Both the position numbers and the translations under genes were made by a program. Source: a virus (lineage: Duplodnaviria > Caudoviricetes). From it: a stretch of DNA of 36,613 nt. Shown here in pieces: positions 1 through 7,920 of the stretch. A model generated the notes under the pieces. The model saw nothing but the letters and a program-made list of their open reading frames with translations. It was not told the DNA's origin and made no database searches. Position 1 is the stretch's first letter. Each line of letters opens with the position of its first letter. The DNA lies in IMG/VR virus record IMGVR_UViG_3300036819_000335, positions 1 through 36,613 of that record. The stretch is one strand, 5' to 3'.

Positions 1-1584
1 GTGCTCAAAGGCCTGCCGGCGGTCGATTACTCCGCACGCGACATCATCTACCGGCCGCGCAATGTGCGGGCGCACCGCGTCTACGGCTATTCGCCGGTGC
101 AGCAGGTGCTGATGACCGTCAACATCGCGCTACGCCGCCAGCTCTGGCAATTGGACTATTACTCTGAAGGCTCGATCCCCGACGCACTGATCGGGGTGCC
201 GGCCGGCTGGACGCCCGACCAGATCAAGCAATTCCAGGATTATTGGGACACCGAGTTCTCAGGCGACCTGGCGCGACGCCGCCGCGCCAAGTTCGTGCCG
301 GGCGAGACCGCGGCCCACGTGGTGCAGACCAAGGAGCCCGAGCACAAGGACGACTTCGACGAATGGCTCGCCCGTATCATCTGCTACGCATTCTCGGTGC
401 CGCCGCAATGGGCGACCAAGGTGATGAACCGCGCCACCGCCGATAACCAATCGGCGCAGGCGGAAGACGAGGGTCTCGATCCGACCAAGGAGTGGGTGAA
501 GGACCTCATCGACGAAATCATCACCGAAGAGTTCGCCTCGCCCGATCTCGAACTGGTCTGGCTCGGCGAAGACGACAACGATGCCGGCAAGGCCGAAGCG
601 GCGCTGGAATCGCGCCTCAAGATCGGCGCGGTGACGCTCAATGAGCTGCGCGACGCGCTTGGCCTCGACCCATACACCAACGCCGCCGCCGACCGCCCCA
701 TGGTGCTCACCGCTACAGGCTATGTGCCGATCGAGGCGAATGCCGGAGCCGATGCGGGCGCTAAGGCGAGCCCATCGGCGAACAGCACTGGGCCGCACGC
801 CGCGAAATCCGGGTATTGGCAGACGGCATGCACAGTCCTCACCAAGGACTACGACCCCGATCAGCCCCGCGTGCCGGCGGGCAATGCCGGAGGCGGGCAG
901 TGGACGAGCGATGGTTCTGTTGGATTAGAAACGTCTACTGGCAAAAGAGACTCCGACCGGAGTGAACCGCCCACCGCGCACTCCAATGGTTCACAAATAC
1001 TTTCTGATGCGACACCGGATAATACGTGGATTCCGAGCGCGCAATACGCAGGCGGTATCGAGGAAGGCGAGGGTGAAAGTCGAATCCGTGGAGAACCGGC
1101 CGAAGGAACACCTGCGCAAGAAGCAAGACTCACAGTTGCTGAGGCTCGGTGGCGGGACGCAGTCTCTCAGGTGCAAACCCTCGACCCAAACTGGAAGCCC
1201 ACTCCAGGGCTCTATGAAACCATTGAGGGGCAGATCACCGACCTCGAAGCGCAGACGCGAGAGGCAGAGAACCGTTTCTCCGAGCTCCAGCGCAACGGTG
1301 CCTGCCCGGGGCCGTTTGCAGCCGACTCTATACCAGCCCGCGGCCCGGGCCGTGATTTCACAGACGAAGAACGTGATGAAATCAATCACATTGGCGTCGA
1401 GGCCGGCTGCCACACGTGCGGAACGAGAAACCCAGGTACATCGTCGGGTAACTTCGTGCTCGACCATCAGCCGCCGAATGCATTGAATCTTTCTGGTGGC
1501 GCACAAAGGTTGTATCCTCAGTGTCTGACTTGCAGTTTGCGGCAAGGTGGGTACATACGCCAATACTTTAAGGGCGATCGATGA
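1..1584 (+). CDS. Phage portal protein (probably 5'-truncated by the window) with C-terminal polymorphic toxin extension (HNH-like nuclease)
   Basis: aa 1-247 carry HK97-type portal motifs (IIYRPRN..YGYSPV, YYSEGSIP, ICYAFSVPP, TLNELRDALGLDP). These are followed by a linker with KDYDPDQPRVPAGNAGGGQW, a helical segment, and CHTC..DHQPP..YPQCLTCS (Zn-binding His-Me finger-like). Confidence 0.85.
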   Translation: MLKGLPAVDYSARDIIYRPRNVRAHRVYGYSPVQQVLMTVNIALRRQLWQLDYYSEGSIPDALIGVPAGWTPDQIKQFQDYWDTEFSGDLARRRRAKFVPGETAAHVVQTKEPEHKDDFDEWLARIICYAFSVPPQWATKVMNRATADNQSAQAEDEGLDPTKEWVKDLIDEIITEEFASPDLELVWLGEDDNDAGKAEAALESRLKIGAVTLNELRDALGLDPYTNAAADRPMVLTATGYVPIEANAGADAGAKASPSANSTGPHAAKSGYWQTACTVLTKDYDPDQPRVPAGNAGGGQWTSDGSVGLETSTGKRDSDRSEPPTAHSNGSQILSDATPDNTWIPSAQYAGGIEEGEGESRIRGEPAEGTPAQEARLTVAEARWRDAVSQVQTLDPNWKPTPGLYETIEGQITDLEAQTREAENRFSELQRNGACPGPFAADSIPARGPGRDFTDEERDEINHIGVEAGCHTCGTRNPGTSSGNFVLDHQPPNALNLSGGAQRLYPQCLTCSLRQGGYIRQYFKGDR

Positions 1585-1958
1585 TGGCACAGACAATTAA
1601 AACTGCTCCGCCGAACTCTCTTATATTTGTCACTGACGCTCAGGGTGGCTCCGTGCCTGATCCGAATAAAATAGCGCGGGAAGCAGGCATCACGGCGACC
1701 AGCTCTTGTGTAGTTGTGTGTTGCCTGGCGGAAATGGACGGTAAGACGGAGATCACGATGGGGCCAACCGGCGAGGTGAATCCGGGCCAGGAACCGGACT
1801 TCGATGGTAAGTTGGCAACGCCTACTGGCACCGTTGTAATCTCAACGACTGAGCGAGAAACATTACTCGAAGCAAACGTGCGGACTTTGCAGACTCAGAT
1901 ACGCATTTGGACTAATCGCGCGAGGGAACCCGACAGAGTGATCGTCGGGATTGGATAA
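1581..1958 (+). CDS. Putative immunity protein for the portal-fused toxin
   Basis: 125 aa, ATGA overlap with the toxin stop. Position is typical of immunity genes; family not recognised. Confidence 0.65.
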   Translation: MMAQTIKTAPPNSLIFVTDAQGGSVPDPNKIAREAGITATSSCVVVCCLAEMDGKTEITMGPTGEVNPGQEPDFDGKLATPTGTVVISTTERETLLEANVRTLQTQIRIWTNRAREPDRVIVGIG

Positions 1959-1973
1959 GTTTGCGCGAGCGAG

Positions 1974-2073
1974 ACATCGCGCTGCGCCGCCAGCTCTGGC
2001 AATTGGACTACTAGCGCCTCACCCGATCTGGAATTCGTCTGGCCATCGGAACACGACAACGACCTCGGCAAGG
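1974..2073 (+). pseudogene. Remnant of a second, divergent portal gene with an internal deletion
   Basis: 1974-2013 matches 122-161 (38/40 nt); 2015-2073 matches 534-592 (46/59 nt by hand count). Confidence 0.85.
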
Positions 2074-2131
2074 AAGAGGCGGCGGCGCGCTGGTGGCGCG
2101 CGTACAACTCGGCGCGCACGGGGCGCTATCG

Positions 2132-3493
2132 TCATGCATCTGGCCGGCGGGGCAGGCGACTGACCGCAGCGATGAAAGGCTGTGAAAGGCCTGCGATCGC
2201 ACACATCATGGTCTGCATCATGGGAGCGACTGTCGTGGGGTAACTACCGCCATTTATCTTGGCTGCCATGTAAAGGAAGGAACCCTTCGTTTTTTTGTCC
2301 GCCTGCAGGACGTTGGCGTCACGGCTTAGCGACAGGTAGCCGCCCTTCGCGCTGTTATCGATTGAGACACCGGCGGCGAGCGTGAGGGGTTCGCTAAACG
2401 CGCTGGTCCAATCCGCGTCTGTCGAAATAGTCGCAATGGCTTCGATTTGCGGATCGCCTGACAGACCCGATACGCCAGCCGTCCACTTTTGCGCCAGAGC
2501 GGCAAGAACCGGATTCCCGCCGGCCGCCCTGCTCAGTATGTAATTGATGAGCAGCTTGTAATCCGAGCGCCAAGTCGTCTGGATGACCCCACGCCCTCGA
2601 AACTTATAGAAATCGGCCGCCATCACGAACCCATTGACGGTCGGGTCGACTAAAGTCGAGGGGTAAGACGCCGGCCACGCTTGGCCAGACCATGCCGGGT
2701 CGATACCGCCCGGATTATTCAGTACTGCTACCGAGCCGGCCAGGCCCCCGTGTTGCTTCAAAAAATAGGGGTCCGCGAAGAGCTGATGCGCGATTTTGTT
2801 CGGTGATGTGTTGTAGGACTGTTTCAGGCCGGCAATCTTATCGAAGGCATATGCCAGCCCCGGGTGAGGCCGATTCTGACCGTTCATCTCCTCCGGGGCG
2901 GCGGTAAGATCTCCGGTCGTCTCCTGTATGTTGATGCTCATCAGTGCGCAAAATTCGATCGCCGAAATTTGCGGGCGGCTGAATGTGATCGGGATTTGAT
3001 CCCAAAACTGGGTAAAGTGCTGATTTATGGTAGCGGTGTTTTGCGCCCGTCCGCGATGTCGGAAGGCGCCGGTCGCGGCAAGGACTGAATTATACCAGGC
3101 GAAGAAGCCGCCTTGTGGCGCGAACACTGAAACGACATCGGCAGAATTGCGCAGGACAATGTCGGCACACATGTCCACGACCTGTTGGCTGAACGGAGGA
3201 ATAATCGCGGCGAGCAAAGCCGGCGCGGCGGCAGGAGCGGGGGCCGCGGTGGCGCCGCTAGTGTCCAAAGGGCCGAAAGCGCCGGCCCAAGCATAGCTGC
3301 TGCCGGACGTCCGGTACCACTGCGGATTGCCCTGCACATTGTCGCCGACCGCGATGGCTTCGACCGGAATCGACATTTGCGCGCTGAGCTTCCGCAACAC
3401 CGGGGCTTGCACGCTCGGCGCTCCCTGGCGCAGGTTGACTTTCACATTGGCTGTCGCTTGTCCCGAAATCGGAATTTCGGCAGTCTGTGCCAT
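2132..3493 (-). CDS. Putative peptidoglycan hydrolase: SH3b-like N-terminus plus GH19/lysozyme-like domain
   Basis: VNLRQGAPS..WYR N-terminal module; QETTG, YKFRGRGVIQTTWRSDY and KINGG motifs. Start moved to ATG 3493 (AGGA upstream; 3502 is an alternative). Confidence 0.7.
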   Translation of the reverse strand: MAQTAEIPISGQATANVKVNLRQGAPSVQAPVLRKLSAQMSIPVEAIAVGDNVQGNPQWYRTSGSSYAWAGAFGPLDTSGATAAPAPAAAPALLAAIIPPFSQQVVDMCADIVLRNSADVVSVFAPQGGFFAWYNSVLAATGAFRHRGRAQNTATINQHFTQFWDQIPITFSRPQISAIEFCALMSINIQETTGDLTAAPEEMNGQNRPHPGLAYAFDKIAGLKQSYNTSPNKIAHQLFADPYFLKQHGGLAGSVAVLNNPGGIDPAWSGQAWPASYPSTLVDPTVNGFVMAADFYKFRGRGVIQTTWRSDYKLLINYILSRAAGGNPVLAALAQKWTAGVSGLSGDPQIEAIATISTDADWTSAFSEPLTLAAGVSIDNSAKGGYLSLSRDANVLQADKKTKGSFLYMAAKINGGSYPTTVAPMMQTMMCAIAGLSQPFIAAVSRLPRRPDA

Positions 3494-3498
3494 CACGA

Positions 3499-3870
3499 TC
3501 ATCCTACCGCGTCGTCCGATGATGAGGTGGCGGGCACGGAAGGTGAAGCAACCGCAGCCGTGCCACCCGAAAGTTGTCCGACGAATCCTTCGATGAAGTC
3601 CGTGCCGGCATAGCCGGCCGTAGCGATTCCGAGCAACTGCTCTTGCGAGATTTGTCCGGTGTCGGGGAGGACCGTTATCGCCGCAAACGCTCCGGCGACG
3701 CCGCCGATGGCGAACGAGATCAGAAGCCATACGCCATTACAAAGACAGTTCGTCGGCTGTGTTTGATGGTCGTTCAGCTTCTTGAGCTCGACAATGGTTC
3801 TTGCGCCCTGGCCGAGAGCGCCGAGGATGATGCCTACCACGAGGAGTCCAAGCCAGCCGCCGGGGATCAT
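3499..3870 (-). CDS. Small 3-TM membrane protein, paralogous to the N-terminus of 5563..6195
   Basis: Hydrophobic helices; motifs GALGQGAR..LKK and GYAGTDFIEGF; GAGGA upstream of ATG 3870. Confidence 0.75.
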   Translation of the reverse strand: MIPGGWLGLLVVGIILGALGQGARTIVELKKLNDHQTQPTNCLCNGVWLLISFAIGGVAGAFAAITVLPDTGQISQEQLLGIATAGYAGTDFIEGFVGQLSGGTAAVASPSVPATSSSDDAVG

Positions 3871-3949
3871 GTCACGTCCTCGCTTGTTGGGTCGCACCTA
3901 TTAAGCAACGTGGAAACTGCCGAAGCCGCCAGCCGCCTCGTGATCTGCC

Positions 3950-4330
3950 TTATCGTGCGGCCACGACTATCGGATCGATCGAGGGCGGAGACGCAGCCGC
4001 CACCAGAAAGTTCTGCACCAGCTGGTCTTCGCCGGCGCGCAGCGGATAGACATAAGTGCCGTCTCCAAACAGGACATGAGAGACGATAATGGTTGCGACC
4101 GGCGCGTTGCCGCCGGCGCCTCTCTGGACCGACAGGTCGATCTCGGCAATTAGGTACGAGCAGGTCAAACTCAGCGCCGCCGGATTGGCCTGAACGCCGG
4201 TGACGTCGTAATCCCCATTATTTCCGGGCGCGACGATGGTGATATGGGCCGTATCGGCGCCGGTCTTGGTCAGCGTGATCGTCCGCGTCACGCCGTTAGC
4301 GTCGGAGTGGATGGTGATGGTGGGGTTCAT
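3950..4330 (-). CDS. Hypothetical beta-rich protein
   Basis: 126 aa ORF co-oriented within the antisense operon; alternating Thr/Ile/Val strands. Confidence 0.65.
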   Translation of the reverse strand: MNPTITIHSDANGVTRTITLTKTGADTAHITIVAPGNNGDYDVTGVQANPAALSLTCSYLIAEIDLSVQRGAGGNAPVATIIVSHVLFGDGTYVYPLRAGEDQLVQNFLVAAASPPSIDPIVVAAR

Positions 4331-4402
4331 AGTCTCGTTCTCAGGGCCTTTGCCGGCATATCTCTAATTTCCGAAACGCCGACGAGTGTTACATCATTGC
4401 CG

Positions 4403-5566
4403 TCAAATCTTTGCGCTGAGGCTCGCGAGATATTGGTTCGTCATCGTGCCGCTGTTTTCATCGAGTCCGCGGTTATAGCTAAACTTCAGACCAACATTAC
4501 CCGCCTCATCGAGCCGATAGTTGATGGCGCTCGTCCACCAATAGGAACCATGGCCGGTATACCCCTCGTACCAAGGGTGAAAAGTTGTGTTTAACGCAAG
4601 CCGATCCCAAAAATCATCCCCACCTCCTGCAAAAGGCTTCACCAGAAGGGTAAGATCGGGACCTATACGTAACGATTGCGACTTGCCTGAAAACTGCAGG
4701 GGATTTTTAGGATCGGTGGTGCTGGCGTACTGAAATTTTATGTCGGGATCGAATTGATAGCGTATAGCGCCGCCGAATAAAGGATAAACGGTCCAAAATC
4801 CAAGGCTGGAAAGAGCGGGGATGTATTCCCCCATCACCGCGACCGCAGTTGTATCCTTGATAGCGTCCCAAACGGCGTTTGGGGTGACTCGAAAGAACTG
4901 GTAATCGTTACCTGCGGTATAGCCGAGCTCGCCGGAGAAGCCGGCGGTGCGTGTGTCGGCGTTGTTCTTCTTGGCCAGTTGCGCGTTGGAATTGTAGCTG
5001 GAGTTATCCTCGACATAGAAGGCGAAACTTTTATCGAACCACCGGCCCGGACTATTTCCAGGGGCGAATAGATCGATGTCGGAATAGACTATCGCCGCCA
5101 ATCCTTTCGTCGCCCAGATCCGGTCTTTTGCGACATAATCGTCTGAGTAGGAGATGGACGATCCTGTCGCTTGTTTGACAGCAGTCGGGCAGCCCAGCGT
5201 TCCTGCATCGGACCACGAGTCTCGCAGCAAGAAATGAAATCCCGAGCAGTTTGAGACGTTGTTGGAGGGAGGCGATGCAGGAGGCGTCGGAGGCAATGGG
5301 GCTGGCGGGTCGGCCGTACTAACCTTGACTTTCGGGTTTTTGCTGGGGGCCGATATCTTGCCGGATGGCGCCGGCGTTGCAGTCGCCGCCTGAAACGCAG
5401 GATATTTTGCCTTCAGAGCGGCGAGAGTCGATGCATCGGGACGAAGGATTGCCAATAAGCTCCGCGCATCGTCTTCGCTGATTTCGGCGGACGCTTGGAT
5501 GGTTGACCCGGCAGTCAGGACGCCGGCAAGGGCCAGCAGCAGGCTGGAGCGGATCGGCCGGTTCAT
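4403..5566 (-). CDS. Secreted protein, possibly an outer-membrane beta-barrel
   Basis: Signal peptide (MNRPIRSSLLLALAG..ASA), Pro-rich linker, aromatic amphipathic strands, C-terminal strand QYLASLSAKI. Confidence 0.6.
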   Translation of the reverse strand: MNRPIRSSLLLALAGVLTAGSTIQASAEISEDDARSLLAILRPDASTLAALKAKYPAFQAATATPAPSGKISAPSKNPKVKVSTADPPAPLPPTPPASPPSNNVSNCSGFHFLLRDSWSDAGTLGCPTAVKQATGSSISYSDDYVAKDRIWATKGLAAIVYSDIDLFAPGNSPGRWFDKSFAFYVEDNSSYNSNAQLAKKNNADTRTAGFSGELGYTAGNDYQFFRVTPNAVWDAIKDTTAVAVMGEYIPALSSLGFWTVYPLFGGAIRYQFDPDIKFQYASTTDPKNPLQFSGKSQSLRIGPDLTLLVKPFAGGGDDFWDRLALNTTFHPWYEGYTGHGSYWWTSAINYRLDEAGNVGLKFSYNRGLDENSGTMTNQYLASLSAKI

Positions 5567-6195
5567 GACTGGCTCCCGATTGGTTTGGCAGCCTCAACAC
5601 TTTTGACCACATCCCCGACCGTGCTCCAGCTCGCCACTCCAGAATTGTCGATCTCATAGCCTTTCGGTTTAAGTGCGTCGTTTATCTGACCGGCCAAAAT
5701 GTACAGATTTTCTATGTTCACGTAGTTGAGGTCGCTCAGAGATGTCTTGTCGGTGACTCCGGCGCCGCCCTGCAAGACAGCCATGACGACCTTTTCTGCA
5801 TCATTGTATGGGTAAGTTGCGGGTTGTTGCACCGCGGCGGCCGCCGGTTTCTTTGCTGTCGAAGCGGTCGTTCCCGGCGCCAGATATTGCGCAATGAAGC
5901 CTTCGAGGAAATCGGTGCCCGCATAGGCGCTGACGGCCCACGCCAGCATTATCTGCCAGCTTGGATCGGCCGTGGCTGAGCCGCCGCTCTTGAGATAGAC
6001 CAGCACCGATGCCAGCCCGACGACGATGCCGATCAGAAAGCTGACGAGCAGACGTCCGGCTTCGAACAGGTCGTTGGGATTAAGGCCCTGAGCCTGGGCG
6101 GTATCCGCCATTCCCTTGAGTCCGATGATCGCCCGCGCGCCTTGGCCGAGTATGCCCATGAGCGCGCCGATGATGAGAATTTCCAGCAACATCAC
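5563..6195 (-). CDS. 3-TM membrane protein with C-terminal acyl-carrier-protein-like domain
   Basis: GILGQGAR..LK and AYAGTDFLEGF in the N-terminal part. C-terminal VTDKTSLSDL..EID..WSTVGDVVKSVE resembles ACP. GGAGG RBS. Confidence 0.65.
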   Translation of the reverse strand: MMLLEILIIGALMGILGQGARAIIGLKGMADTAQAQGLNPNDLFEAGRLLVSFLIGIVVGLASVLVYLKSGGSATADPSWQIMLAWAVSAYAGTDFLEGFIAQYLAPGTTASTAKKPAAAAVQQPATYPYNDAEKVVMAVLQGGAGVTDKTSLSDLNYVNIENLYILAGQINDALKPKGYEIDNSGVASWSTVGDVVKSVEAAKPIGSQS

Positions 6196-6666
6196 ATCCT
6201 CCCTCAGTAGCCGAATGATTGTGGCGGACCGCGGTGCGTCCGCGCTGGTTCGTTGGTAATTGTACTCGCGTTGAATGATGCGGCAGCGCGCTCAGCGCCG
6301 CTTGCGCGCGGGGTTTCACCGATCGTGCGCTCTATGTCCGATGCTTTTTGACTGAGATGAGGCAACGCAGAAAATGCGTTTGCCGGCGTTGCGAGACCCG
6401 CATCCGCTGGACGCGAATGGTCTGCAAGCAACGCGGATAGAAACACGAATGCGGACGTTGACGTCCGACCGCCCCACACCACACGCCCCCACCAATCGCT
6501 ACGCGTTTATTCCCAGCGATCAGAGAAACATACTCTCGGTTGATCAATCTCAGGTGTCAATAGGGAAAGCTGACAACCGACAACATTGCCGGCGAGCGTC
6601 AGCCAATTGGCGACGAGCTCGGCCGTCGCCCGCATACCGCAATACCACCAAACAAGGAGCTTACGC

Positions 6667-7710
6667 ATGGACGACATGACTCTCTTCGTGCCGATCACCA
6701 AGATCGACGCGGCGCAGCGCCTGGTTTACGGCGTCGTCACCGCCGAGACGCCGGACGTGTCCGGCGAGGTTTGCGACTATGTCTCGACCAAGCCGCATTA
6801 TCAGAAATGGTCGCAGAATTTCGTGAGCGCCTCGGGCGGCAAGAGTTTCGGCAACCTGCGCGCCATGCACGGCGCTGTCGCCGCCGGCAAGCTCGTCGAC
6901 ATTGCGTTTAACGACGCGCATAAGCGCATCGAGATTTGCGGCAAAGTGGTCGACGACGACGAATGGAAGAAAGTCGAGGAGGGCGTCTATACCGGCTTCT
7001 CGCAAGGCGGCCGCTATCTCAAGCGCTGGCCCGATCCGGATGCGCCGACGCTGACGCGCTACACGGCCGAACCGCTGGAAGTGTCGCTGGTCGATTATCC
7101 CTGCTTGCCGGACGCGACTTTCGCGGTGATCAAGCGCGACGGCTCGACCGAGCTGCGTAAATTTAAATCGGACGTGTCGGAGGATGACGCAGCGACGGCC
7201 GCGGTAGCGCTGACCAAGATCGGCGCGCGCCACTCCAGGGCCGACAAGGAGCGCATCAAGCATGCCCACGATGCGCTGGTCGGGCTCGATCCGGATTGCT
7301 GCCCCGGCGCCGCGGTGCCTGGCGCCAATGTGCACGCCAGGCCGAAATTCTCGCCGCAGGCGGGCGAGGGAGCAGCCGATACTGGCGGCGATGAAATGGA
7401 CGACAATACCGAGAAGCTCGCCAAGATTCTGGATCGCGCGGTGGATCGAAACCTGGCCAAGGCCTTGCGCGGAATGAACGCGCGGCTCGACGACTTCGCC
7501 GCGCGGATGAAAAAGATCGAGAATCAGCCATTGCCGCTCGGTACAACGTCCGTGCGTGTCGCCGAAAAAAGCGATGATGCAATCTTTCCCAAGCCCGAGG
7601 CGTTGCTCGATCAGCCCGGCGCGCTCGAGGCCTTGGCCGAAGCCGCCATCCGCAAGGCGCAAACGCAGCCGCTGCGCGCCATTCCGGGCTTCAAGCCGCG
7701 GCAGGGATGA
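6667..7710 (+). CDS. Prohead (maturation) protease with C-terminal scaffold-like region
   Basis: ITKIDAAQRLVYG, LRAMHG, YTGFSQGG and EVSLVD motifs of HK97/herpes-fold phage proteases; AAGGAG RBS before ATG 6667; lies between portal and capsid. Confidence 0.85.
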   Translation: MDDMTLFVPITKIDAAQRLVYGVVTAETPDVSGEVCDYVSTKPHYQKWSQNFVSASGGKSFGNLRAMHGAVAAGKLVDIAFNDAHKRIEICGKVVDDDEWKKVEEGVYTGFSQGGRYLKRWPDPDAPTLTRYTAEPLEVSLVDYPCLPDATFAVIKRDGSTELRKFKSDVSEDDAATAAVALTKIGARHSRADKERIKHAHDALVGLDPDCCPGAAVPGANVHARPKFSPQAGEGAADTGGDEMDDNTEKLAKILDRAVDRNLAKALRGMNARLDDFAARMKKIENQPLPLGTTSVRVAEKSDDAIFPKPEALLDQPGALEALAEAAIRKAQTQPLRAIPGFKPRQG

Positions 7711-7778
7711 GCGGCCATTTTCGTCGTTCCCAGCACTTTACGCCAAAGCGAAAAGGCCAAGGCGAAACTTTCCTACCG

Positions 7779-7883
7779 CGTCATTCCGGGGCGCGGGCCA
7801 GCGGCCCGCGAGCCCGGAATCCATAACCACCATCAGCAAATGTGGATTCCGGGGCGACGCTTTGACGTCGCTCCGGAATGACG
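7779..7883. repeat. REP-like palindromic element (CGTCATTCCGG...CCGGAATGACG)
   Basis: Terminal inverted repeat plus internal CCCGGAATCCA/TGGATTCCGGG inverted repeat and two sub-hairpins; architecture typical of rhizobial intergenic repeats. Confidence 0.8.
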
Positions 7884-7920
7884 GCTGAGACCTGTCACGC
7901 CAAACATAGGAACCAACATC

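Noticed and set aside
1-1584. MuF (SPP1 gp7-like) domain as the toxin carrier
   Set aside because: I could not recognise MuF motifs (e.g. the HPNCRC-type signature) in this ORF or elsewhere in the window. A profile search is needed to exclude a remote one.
3494-3730. N-terminal extension of the muramidase ORF (likewise the 6586, 16587, 19724, 27235 and 31533 starts)
   Set aside because: These extensions overlap neighbouring genes or lack an RBS; the downstream ATGs fit better.
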